Shown here one piece after another: positions 12,761 through 24,379 of a stretch of DNA of 64,000 bases. The notes below the pieces were generated by a model, which was given only the letters and a program-made list of their open reading frames with translations, was not told where the DNA came from and did not search any database. The DNA is from Craspedostauros australis (lineage: Eukaryota), in assembly GCA_030167865.1 (NCBI GenBank), contig JALAGF010004526.1, positions 1 through 64,000 on the forward strand, given 5' to 3'. The translations under genes were made by a program, and so were the position numbers. Each line of letters starts with the position of its first letter. Within the stretch, counting starts at the first letter, position 1.

Positions 12761-13861
12761 TCACTTCATTTTGCCTCGCTTTTCTTTACCTCGCTTCAAT
12801 CTCCTCGAATCTATTCTCTGCTGTACAATCTTTTCTTCCAGGATGAACGTCGACGTAACGTTGCAAGCCAAGTTTTGCTGCCTCCGACGCTGCTCGATGT
12901 GAACAGAAGACGGCGGCGAAGACGAGGTTTGCTTCTGCAGATGTTCGGACTCATCGTAACTTGCGAACCCATCGTGGGTGCCGCCCTCGATCCAGAATCG
13001 CTGCGTTGTTTCCGTTGGGAACAGCGAGTCGAACGCTTTCTGCCACCCCATGGCGAGTCCGTACTTCACCATGGCATCATTCGTGCCTTGAATCATGAGG
13101 AGTTTTGGTGACTTCGTAGCTGCCGTGAGATCTGCTGTGATGGAGGGGAAGGCGCCCATTCCCCAAAGCACAATCCGATCGACGCAATCGAACTTCGTCC
13201 ACAACTCGCAAGCGGCAAAGGTGCCCATGGAATGCCCCAACATGGTCCAACGCAGACTGGACTTGCCGACGGCCGCTTGTGTCTTCGTCATGATTCGGCG
13301 GATGGATCGTGAATCCGCCCCCAAGTGGCGGTGAGCGAGCCTTGTCGGTTCGAAGGATGCAACCACCACCACAGAGCCAGCGTCAGAGAGGCGTGCAGCC
13401 ACCTCAGCGTACGCCGCGTGCGGCACGAGCGCGCCTGGAATCAACAGAATGGCATCAGCTCCGCCTTCGGCGTCGACAATCTCTGTTGGTGTGAGCAGAA
13501 TCGGGCTGATGGTAGATCCATGCTCTCCCATGCTCTCACCATTTTGATGCGCCCGGTGTTCATCGAAACCAGTGGGCAGATAGATGTCGAATCTTCGAGA
13601 GCGTTGCAATCGCCGCACCTGAACTCGCTGCTCGATGGTGTCGATTGCCGATGGCAGAGCCGTAAATCTCCCAGCTTGGAATTTGGCGAGTTGCTGGGAT
13701 ATCTTCTTCACGTAGGGCACTGCGGTGCACATGGAATGAATGGCCCATGGCGATGCCATAGCCGGTAGAAATGGTATGCTCGCATGCCGCGAAAGGCAAC
13801 AAGTGTTGAGCAACCCGATGACAGCGAAGGGAAGTAACAGTCGCATGAAGCTACTCATCAT
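12761..13861 (-). CDS. Alpha/beta hydrolase (Abhydrolase_5-like) with N-terminal hydrophobic targeting peptide
   Basis: LLIPGALVP oxyanion region, GHSMG nucleophile, IQGTNDAMV (Asp), IEGGTHDGFASY (His). The start is uncertain (13861 MMSSFMRLLLPFAVIG vs upstream ATGs to 14002). Confidence 0.85.
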   Translation of the reverse strand: MMSSFMRLLLPFAVIGLLNTCCLSRHASIPFLPAMASPWAIHSMCTAVPYVKKISQQLAKFQAGRFTALPSAIDTIEQRVQVRRLQRSRRFDIYLPTGFDEHRAHQNGESMGEHGSTISPILLTPTEIVDAEGGADAILLIPGALVPHAAYAEVAARLSDAGSVVVVASFEPTRLAHRHLGADSRSIRRIMTKTQAAVGKSSLRWTMLGHSMGTFAACELWTKFDCVDRIVLWGMGAFPSITADLTAATKSPKLLMIQGTNDAMVKYGLAMGWQKAFDSLFPTETTQRFWIEGGTHDGFASYDESEHLQKQTSSSPPSSVHIEQRRRQQNLACNVTSTFILEEKIVQQRIDSRRLKRGKEKRGKMK

Positions 13862-14733
13862 TGCGGCGCTGTCAATCTGAAGGAACGGGCTCTCGACCAT
13901 CACTCGATACAGGCCATACCATGTTCGCGGAAAGAGGAACATGGTATGATCCATGATCTCCCACGTCAGATGCCTGTTGGCTCGGCATTTCGATCGGCCC
14001 ATCCTCGCAGCGTTTTCGGCATCAATGTTAGTGTCGTGGTTGGTATTATTGTCATTTCCCCGATCATCACAACGTTCCTGTCGTCGATGTTGCTTCCACC
14101 ACCACTCCAGAGGCTTCGCGCAAAAACGTGGATAACGGACTAACGGACAAGACCGATCAAAGTAAACCAGAGTTGGGACACACTATCCCCACAACTTTCA
14201 AATCCCCAACGCTTGTTGAATCAAGTGACTCGTCCGAATCAATTGGTTTCGTTGGTGGCACCTCAGCCAAACAGAATCTGGTCGAACGCAACCGAAAATC
14301 GCGTTCTGCCCACACAACTCCCAGCACGGACTACCGACTTCACACTACCACGAAACTGAAAGACACGCACTGAGCCGCAGTTGCGGAGAAAGCCTCCTTG
14401 TTCGCGTCATTGGGACATCACAAAGAGGGCACCACAGACATTGCGATCGAGCGTTGAGCGTGGATCAAGCCTTCTCCTCTCTGCAGAGATCATCAGTGCT
14501 GGTACTCGTACGAGTACGACTGACGAGGACACGTATAGTTGAGCGGTGTCAACAGACTTCGTCCTCCATCAACCAGACTACCATTGCACATCGGGGATCG
14601 ACGCGACGACAACTGCATCATCGACGATCGAGGCAGCAGCAGCAGTAGCGGCGGCGGCGGAAGCAACAATATCACCCTCCTTCACCCAAGCAGGTCTTAA
14701 ATTGAGTTGAAAAAGGATTGATATCTGTAGACG

Positions 14734-17700
14734 ATGAGCGGCAGCGCAGGGGACGGCGACGAACCGGCCACGGCCGCCGATGCGGCGCTCTGGATCGACC
14801 GCTTCCAGTCAGCATCTTCGTCCAAGGACGCCGTCGACAGCCTGAAGTGGATGCTGAAGACGTCAAAGGCGGGGCAGCTCGAGAGCTCCTGGTTGCTGGA
14901 CAGCGACGGCCTGCTCAGCCACTTCATCAATCTCCTGCGCACGGAGCGTCATGACAATGACTTCCCCTGCGAGGAGGGAGTGCCAACGATCCTCCAGATT
15001 CTGGCCGGCCTCGCCAAAAACAGCGCCAAGCAGTGCCTCAACAACCCATCGAAGGGTGCGCTGCTGGAATGCCTGCTCGACGTCATGGGCGCCAAGGAAC
15101 GCACCGACTATGACAGGGTGCTCGCCCTGCAGCTGCTCCGACAGCTCAGCCTCTGCCGAGAAGCGGAGAACCAGTGGCTGCAGGCACCAAACGGCCTTCA
15201 CAGACTGGCTGACGTGCTTGCGGAGTCTTCGGCCGAGGTCGTCCGCAACGAGGCCCTTCTCGTGGCCAGCGTGCTGGCAAAGTACGCCGCTGCATCCAAG
15301 GTCTGGATCTTTGCCGAGGTCGAGACGCAGCTCCTGGATTTGTGTTGGCAGGAGGGTGGCCTCACCAACGGCAACCCCATCGTCATGGACGCTCTGCGCC
15401 TGGTCAAGCAGATTCTCAGAGCGGCCGACAAGTCCCTCCTCGCGCTCGTGTGGCAGCGCCCCAACTTGCCACTGCGACTCACGCAGCTCATAGACCTCCG
15501 GGGCGGATCGGACTTCCGCTTTCCCGATGCCGCCAGAGCACGCGCAAAGCAAAAGAATGCCAAGCAAGGAGGTCAGCAGAAGGCCAAGCTGGGACAGAAC
15601 GACGATGACCTCGATAATCTCCTGCAGTCGGGATCATCCAAGCCCGCGTCGGCATCATCATCGTCGAAGGATGCTGCTGCATCCAATCAACCGAAACCCA
15701 TCACGCAGCAAGAGGAGGTCTTCATCCCTCGGCTCATCCCAGCAGAAGAAGATGTGGTCCAGATCGTGCTCGAGATACTCGCACAGCTGCTGGATGTCGA
15801 ATCCATCAGACGCAGCGTGTGGACGGAGCAGCCGGCGCTGTGCAGTTTGGTCTGGGAACTGGCGCTCTGCCAGCCATCGAATCCTCCCGTTTGCGCACTG
15901 CCGAGTCCCGACCTCCAGAAGAACACCCTCGAGGCAATCTCCGAATTCTTCAACGACGAGGCCACCATGGACCGACACGCGGGGCTAGATCGTCTGCTCG
16001 CAATCGTTTGCACCGGCGGTGTCGTGCAAGGGTACGACGACAGGCTGGGTCTATCCCAAGCTGCGTTGAATGTGCTTCGAAAGACAATGGCCAAGGAAAG
16101 GATCAATGAGTACCTTTCCCATACGTTGGCGCCGCCACCTCCCTTGGAGGATGGAAGTCTCGCAGTCGCTGCCGGACCAACCGTCGTCCAGAAGCTATGG
16201 AACACAGTTGCGGAGCAGTTGCAGCAAGTGAACGAACCGCTTACTGAAGATCGTGCTCTCTTCCTCTCGGGCGCGCTTGGTGGACTGTCCATCTTCCTTG
16301 ACGACATCCCCAGCCGCGAAATCATGCTGCGCGTCACACCGAAGGCAGCGGACTTTGGCACCATGCTGACGGTCCTTCAGCAGCACGCCACATCGAAGGC
16401 GACGGGGCCAGCCGAACACGTGCAGCTCAGCATCGTTCGATTCTTCTGCCAATGGGCGATCGATGCCCCGCTGGTCATTCAGACGCTGCTGCAGGCCAGC
16501 GAGTCATCGTACCTCATCGCCATGTCGTCGTCGTCGGGAGTCTCGGAAAACGTGGCCACGATAGTGCGCCTGCTGCTGGGTTTGGCAATGGAATTCATGG
16601 GAGATGAGAGCCTGTGCGGTGGATGGACCCGATCGGGCTTGCTCCAAATCATTGAAAAGATCGGCATCCCCAAGTTCATGCAGAGTCTGGAAAAGATGAA
16701 GACCGTCACTGATCTGCCATGGTCGGCGTGCGAACCTGGCTTCAAGGAGTGGAATGCGTGGTACGCGCGGTCGGTCTGGAAAGTGCGAAAACGAGTTGTC
16801 GCAGAAATTACGCACTCCGTGCAATCCGCCGACGAAGGCCAATCCGATGACGACAGCGACGCCCGTGCTGAAGGCAACAGCCGCAGCGCTGATCCAGCAA
16901 CATCCGCAAGTGGCGCAACCACCGCATCAAGCTCATCGAAGGCCTTGCAGCGGATTGTGGCGCAGCAGGCTGCGGAGATCGAAGAATTACGCTTGAAGCT
17001 GGAGTTATCCGAGAGCACGGCAACGTCGCAGCTCAGCCAGCTGGAGACGTGGAAACGCCGCATGGAGAGCAACCCGACAGAACTTGACACCATGCTGACA
17101 GATCTGACGACGAACAATGCCGCCCTCGAGGACAGGGTAGCAGGCCTGGAGAAAGAACTCGCAGATGCCAAACAACAGCATCAGGCTGAGATCGAGACTC
17201 GCGAGCAAAAGACGCAGGCGGTGATGAACGACCTTGCCGAGTCTAACCGGCAACGCACCGAAGCGGAACAAAATCGCGAGCAGATGGAGCAAGAGCTGCA
17301 GGCGTTGAGCGGGGCGTACTGCACGCTCGAGGAGGAATGCAGAAAACTGCAAAACCAAGCGTCGGCGCCATCAACCGCCCCAGCCCAAGGGATGCCTTCA
17401 CCAGAACTTCCCGGAGCAGGAGCAGCGACGCAACCGGCATCATCAGCAACACCAACAGCGATGGGAACGCCAACAGATGCTGCAGCAGGTAGCTCGATGG
17501 AAGTCACGACGTTGCGGTCGGACATCGCGAGACTTCGTGAAGATGCGAAGAAGGCGGATGAATGGATGGCGATGGCGGTCACTCGAATGAACGATATGGC
17601 ATCGCACAATTCAACCATGGAACAGGAGTTGGCGACCTGCCGCGAACAGCTCGAGCAAGCGAAGCAGAGCCAGGCGACAGCAATCGAATTGGTTGACGTT

Positions 17701-20700
17701 ACATCCAAGTTGAATTCGGCTGGGCTCATCGAGACTCAGTTGAGAGAAGAGCTTTCCGTCAAGGATGACACCTTGCGCCAACTTCAGGCGTCGATGGAAC
17801 AGGCCAAGCAGTTGCATGCTGACGAGTTAAGCAGGATCGCGACGGAAGTCGAATCCAAGGAAGCCCAGCTCGTGTCAATGACATCGGCCCTGCGAACAGA
17901 TGATACCCAAAAGCAGGGTCTACGAACCCAGCTTGACGAAGTGCAAGCACAACTTGACAGTGCTCGCAACCAGCTCGAGCAACTTACATCGATCAACAAC
18001 GACTTGCAGCAGCAGTTAGCCAGAACATCTGCGAATGCAGTTGGTGCCAATAACACAGCTCCTATGGTCAGCAACGCTCCGGCCGAGGGATCAAACGAAG
18101 TAGTTCAGCTCCAAGAACAACTTGCCGCAGCAAGACACGACCTTCAAGTCAAGACCGATGCTCTGCAACAACAGCTGGATCAACGCGAAAGCAGGGCGAA
18201 GGAATTGGAGCAGGCTGCTGGTTCCACCGGTATCGAGCAGCACAATCCATCTGATGCACTGGAAAAGGACAGCCGCATTTCAGAACTCGTGGCCGCCAAC
18301 GATGCTGCACAGGAGTGGATGGCGAATGCCGTCCAGCATCACAATGAGCTCCAGTCCAGCATTGCTGCTCTCACCACAGACAAGGCCGCACTGGAACAGC
18401 GGCTCCAGGATGCACAATCCAACACGACCAACTCAACCCTCTCGGCTGAACTGAAGGCCAAGTTGGAAGCGCAAAAAGCAAACCTGGCCGCGGCTAACGA
18501 AAGATGCAGAACCCAAGAAGCCGAAATCAAAATGATGAAGGACGAGGCCACTCGGCTGGAGAATGCCGAGCAGCAATACCAATCAGCATTGCAGGAGATC
18601 AGCGGTCTTCGTCAACAATTAGCAGAGGCAAACCAGCAAATTCAAATGCGTTCCGACAACGCGCGTGAACAGTACACCGCCGCGCAGCAGGAAAATATGG
18701 GACTGAAGAGCTCGAACGAGGAGTTGCAAAAGAGGTTGGCTGGATTCGAGAGCTGGTCACAACAAATCCAGGTCAAGATTGCAGAGATGCTTTCCGAAAG
18801 GTCTTCGATGCAACAGAGCATCGACGAAGGGAAGATGAAAATGCAGGAGATGGATGCCAGCAACGGCGGTCTTGTGGACCAGATAAAGCAAACGACGGAA
18901 GCTTTGGCCAAGGCCGTGGCAGAACGAGATGCTGCTGCAGATGAAATCATCCATCTTTCTTCCACCATCCAAGGCTTGCAAGACGAACTTGCCTCGATCA
19001 AGATATCCAGCAGCCCCACCGAAGATATCATCGAACGGGAAGTTACGAGTGAAGCTGGCGTCAGCGCCGATGCGAACGAGGGCGTGACTGCCAACGTGGA
19101 CCAGCATGCCGATCTGCATGGCAAGCTTATCCACGAAGAAGCGAAGTCGAAATCGAACCTCACAGTCGAAGAATTGGAAGGGACCGTACAGCAGCTTCAG
19201 GAAGAGCTGAAGCAGCAAGCGCGGCAGTCTCATGAGGCCCTGCAAGAATTGCAGGCAGACCACGCAGCTGCACTTGACAGATGCGCTTCTCTGGAGGCGC
19301 AAGTCAACACCTCAGATCAACCGAGCTTCAACGTCGAAACGAAGCAGGCGTCTGCGCCGCCAAATGCGGCCGATTCGCAAGCAGATTGCAACGCGCTGGC
19401 CGTGGCTCTTGCCACTCTGCATGCTGAGCTGAAAGAGAAGGATGGTGCTTTGAGATCAGCCATCGCAACGGTCAATGGGGATGAAGATGTCATACAGGAG
19501 TGGGAAGGTGAGTTCGCTGGATGTTTGGGAAGCGGCACTGATCACTGGTGCTTTTTGACCTGCATTATGTTCGGCCCGTGGTTTGCTGGTCATGATCTGC
19601 GCTGTGTCACCACATTCCAGTTGACGTGACCGACTTGCCGAAAGGAGCTTGCATCGTGCTCTCAGCAGGATTGCAGCAGCAGTGGCTCTCGCCGTCATGT
19701 CTGATACTTCTCCGGGCATGGTATTCGTATGCACTGTTCCGCAACATACGATTATTCACTCACCAAATTTGGATTTTCTCGCCCAACTTCCCAATCGTAC
19801 CTACGGCATGCTTTGCATGATACAGCTCAAATCCGCAGCCTAGAAGACGTTGTCTCCGACCTCAAGACTCAGTTGCTGGACCAGGGGACAGAAGCCGAGA
19901 GAGTCATTGCACAGTGGCAGGACTCCTGCAACAACATCGAAGAACGTTGCTCCAAACTGGAGAAGGAATTGCAGGAGAAGGGACAGGAGACTGTGACCAT
20001 CACCCAGCAGCTTGAAAGCTTGGTCGAAGTAAAGAGCCAAGAGGCTGCCGGCGTCCAACAACAACTCGAACATTTGGCAAAAGAAAAGACAACTTTGCAG
20101 GAGCAGCACGAAGTTTTACAAGCCACGCTTCAACAAGAGCAGAAGCGTCACGCAGATATTGTTGAGACACACAGCAAAAGTTTGGCGGAAACTCAATCCA
20201 GCTTGGCAGAAGCTTTGAATGCAAAGAAGGCATCGGAGACCAAATTGGAAGAGCATGAGAGCGGAAGCACTGTGCTCAAGACCGAGATCCAAGAGCTTCA
20301 AGCTCGGCTGAGCTCGTCCGAAGCCATGGTGATTGAGAAGACAGCGGCCATAGACGTGCTGAAGATGGAACTATCGATGACCGAATCAACTTTGCGGGAG
20401 GCGCAGAACATGGTGGACGAGGACGAAAGCGTGGTCGGCCGATGGGAAGGTAGGTTGGAACTGTGGGCCTTGGTTGTAGCAGCAAATTCGCCGGGGCCAC
20501 AAAAAAGAAGCCCTACTCCACTCCTCTGCAGCTTGCTGCAATTGTGCTTACCTTGTCTTTATCCCACTTCCTCCATTCATTCATCCCCCCACTGACTCAC
20601 TCACTCTCGTCCTCATTCTCTCCCAACCTATTTCCAATCCAAACGCAACCGCAGCTCGAGTGCATGATCTGGAGACGTCCCTCTCTGAGATGCAGGCGCA

Positions 20701-23700
20701 GCTTAGCGAACAGGAGGAGGCAGCGAATGCAGCCATTGCTCAATGGCAGGAGAGCTACGACGCCGCCGATTCCAGATGTGCAGATTTGGAGGCTTCCATG
20801 GCACGAAAGGATGAGGAGTTCGCCACCCTCGCCGCTTCCAACGACAAGCTCGGCGAAGATCTACGCGCAAACCAGAAAGCAGTCGCTGAAAGCAAGGCTT
20901 TGTGCCGCAAGCACGACAACGAAAAAGAGGCAGCCATGAAGGACCTTGAGGTTGCTCAGCAGAGACTACTGGATATGACCAGTCTGCTCAAGATCGCCCA
21001 GATGGACAGCGCTGACGGGGATTCGGTCCTCACAGCCTGGCAAGGTACGGAAAAACTGCCGCGTTCGCATGCTCATACTTCCACATGTGACAACATCAGA
21101 TTTGCGGGCCCAAATTGCATTGGCGTGGTTGTATCGTGGCAGTTGAGACAGTTCTACTCGACACCATTGTTCCATCTGCTATATACCATACCATAACAAA
21201 CCCATGCCACACACAGGGCACCAATGGAATGCATCACAATGCGCTGCGGCGATCGATTCGTAACTCACACAATGTCATCTATCATTCGGACTCACATTTG
21301 TCGTCTTTCAGAGCGATGCGAACGCTTTGAGCTTGAAGTGCAAGACATGGAAAAGATGTTGAGAACTCAGGAGGAGGAAGCCAAGGCTGTGATCGAGCAG
21401 TGGGAAGAAGCCGTTGGGCAAGCTGATGCCCGATGCACCGAGCTAGAGGCAGAGACCGAGGGGATGCGCCAGAAGATTGCGCTTTGCGAGACGAAACAAC
21501 ACGAGACTGACACAAAACTCGAAGCAGCCTCCAAACGGTCAGAAAAGCTCAAGAAGGATGTGCAGAAGAAGGAGGAGGAGATGCAGACCTTGATCATGGA
21601 TCGCTTATCGGACGAAGCAGAGATGGAAGATCTGAAGAATGTCGTCAAAACCAAGGATGTCACCATCAAGGATTTGGAAGCGATGGTCGAAGACCTGCAA
21701 ACCAAGCAACGCGCTGCGGAGGGGAACATCCACAAGATGGAAGGCCTACTCGTCACATTAAAGTCGACTGACCAGGATGTCGCCAAGTACCAGAAGGAGC
21801 TCATCGAGCTGAAGGGCGAACACGAAGACATTCGATTGCAGCATACGGAGGCGCTGAAAGCGAGGGACGAGAAGGCAGAGGAGATCGAGCAGCTTCGCAA
21901 AGAGTCTGAGGAGGCAATTTCCCAATGGTCAGGTGAGTGATGGCAAAGCGCTCGTATGATAATTGCAGGGTTGCAGGTTGGCGAGTGTGAGAAGCAACTG
22001 CGTTCTGGAAAGAAGGACAGGCAATACAATCGGGATCTTTTCGCGCCGATTCAGCAGCTTGCGCTTATTTCCTCCGCATGCATACAAGTGTGCTTGAATC
22101 GAATGCTCTTTTGTGTGGTAGCTCGGATGAACATGATACACATTGGCTCACATTCATGTCGTTTTATTGCTCTACATACAAACGTCACGAATATTGCTTG
22201 ATCAATCTCGACCTTCACCAAAACCTACCAACCTAACTATGTACGTATTGGCACATGATTTCGTGCACTGGCATATATACCACACTCAAACTTCGGCACA
22301 TGAACTCACGCACTGACGTGCTCACGGATACTCTTGCCTGTGGCGCAGATAAATCGGAAGAGCTACAAAAGGCAGTGTCAGCTTTGGAGCAGCAGCTGCA
22401 GGAACAGGAGGCAGATGCTTCGGCTGCGATCCAGAGCTGGGAGAAGAAGGCGGTCGATCTTGAGCAAGATCTGGACGCGCTTGAAACCACAAAGGCAGAG
22501 GTCCAGTCTCTGAGATCTCAGCTAGTATCCATGGAGGAAGGCAAGCGGATCGCAATCATGGAACTCGAATCGGCAGCGGCCAAAAAGCTGCAGGCGGAGC
22601 GAGAAAGACTTTCTCTTGTTATCGAGAAGCTGGAGGAGGAGCTGAGGGAACAAAATGACTTGGTCCAAGCGTTTGTCACAGACGAGATATCCGACAAGGC
22701 AACCGAGGTTGCGGCGCAATCGCTCCGATTCGAAATTGACCAACTGCGTTTGCAACTGCGAGAGACCCGGGACGCTCTGTCGAAGGAGATGGCCAGAAGG
22801 GAAACCTCAGAAAGGGATGCAGATCGGCTTAAGGAAGAGCTGAGCGCGTTGCTGTCCCTCGAAGGTGACGATGATGGCATCAGCGAAGGCAAGCTACTCA
22901 CCGTGAAGGCTGCAGAGAAGCTCCAGAACAAGGAGCGGATCGAGCTTGAACGTCTGCGAAAGGGCCTCCACCGCTCTCTGAACGATCTAGAGAGCTCCAG
23001 GAACTCGGAGAAAGAGGCAATTGAGAAGTTGGCGAAGGCACGGCTTAAGGTGTCCGTTTGCGAGCAGGAGACCATAGCTGCCAAATCCGACTTGAACTAT
23101 CTGGCAGAAGCCATGGAGGAGCTGCGCGAGGCAGAAGAGAGTCGTCGGACGTCGTTGGAGTATCGCATCAGTTCGCTGGAGAATGATAGGGAGGTGCAGG
23201 GCCGGTACAACAAGAACGAAGTCGAGAATCTGAGAAACGAAATCTCGCAGCTGTCCATGGAGAAGGACCGCATCCTGCAGTCGCTGAAGGAAAGCGAGAA
23301 GACCAATTCTGCGCTCATGTTCGCTTCGTCGACAGCCTCTGTGGAGCGCGACTCGGATCCTCGGGATGCCAAGGCGCTTGTATCCCAGCTCCGTATTGAG
23401 AACGCTCACCTCTTGGCTGTCGCAGCCGACGATGCATCGAAGGCAGAACGGAGACTTCGAGAAAGCATGGCAGCCCACACCTCATCCGTCGAGGCTGATG
23501 TTATTTTGGAACGCGAGCTTCGCGTTGCCGCAGAGTCAGCAAACGAAAGTCTGATGTCGCAGATTGAGAAGATTCGGGAAGAGCTGCGCAAGAGCCAGAT
23601 GGGCCACAGCAGAATCGCTGCTGGCAAAGATGGTTTGGCCACCACCACAAACATGAACGCGGCATCATCCGACGCCCAAGGCAACCTCGGGGAGGAGGTG

Positions 23701-24258
23701 GAGAAGCTGAAGACGAAGCTCGACGAAGAAATCGACAAAAAGATTGACATGAAGCGGCAGCTGGCGGATTTGACGGCCAAGAGCAAGATGGAGGCGCAGT
23801 CATTGAAGGAGGACTGTCGCAAGGCTCAGGCGAAGGCTCATCTTCTGGAAAGGGAGGCCCGCTTCGACAGCGCCGTGCACACCGAGGTGTCCAGACTTCG
23901 CCTGCTCGGAAATCCGGCGGATACCGATATGCCCACTGAAGACTGGACGCTTGTTGAGTCCCAGTCGCAGAAGAACCGGGAGGGTGAGATCCAGCTCTCT
24001 GTTGCAAATGCATACGACATCATCCGAGAGCAGCGCGAGGCGATCATGGAGGAGCGAAAGATGCACATGGAGCTGCTCGAGGAGCACGAGGACCTCCTAG
24101 CCCTGCTGACGCAACAGGACACCCAGAAGGAGAGCCTGATGTCCGCACTGCAATCGGTGGGAGGCGAGAAGGCCGTGAACGCAGCCATCCAAGAGGCCGA
24201 GTCCAAAGCCCTCAACGATCATGGCGGATACGTTCGCGTGGCGTCAGCAACGGAATAA
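14734..24258 (+). CDS. USO1: Uso1/p115 vesicle-tethering protein, ~2772 aa; exons 14734-19507, 19826-20449, 20655-21044, 21312-21932, 22349-24258
   Basis: Uso1/p115 head motifs (QAPNGLHRLADVL..SAEVVRNEALL; EGGLTNGNPIVMDALRL), a very long coiled coil, and the C-terminal motif EEHEDLLALLTQQD. Four GT-AG introns (GTGAGT, GTAGGT, GTACGG, GTGAGT donors; CAG acceptors) join five ORF-track segments in frame. Confidence 0.88.
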
Positions 24259-24355
24259 GCAGGAGCGACGTATTCTTTCGAAACGCTTGTCCTTCCAGTG
24301 AAGTTGGTGGAGCAGAGGCCTGTGCGACCGCAAGCATGGTAGTATCTCAACAAGT

Positions 24356-24379
24356 AGAGAGAGAGAGAGAGAGAGAGAG
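24356..24379. repeat. (GA)n microsatellite
   Basis: About 12 AG units in the 3' flank of USO1. Confidence 0.9.

Noticed and set aside
19729-24258. Four separate coiled-coil genes
   Set aside because: Splice sites and phases join them to the USO1 head exon as a single gene.
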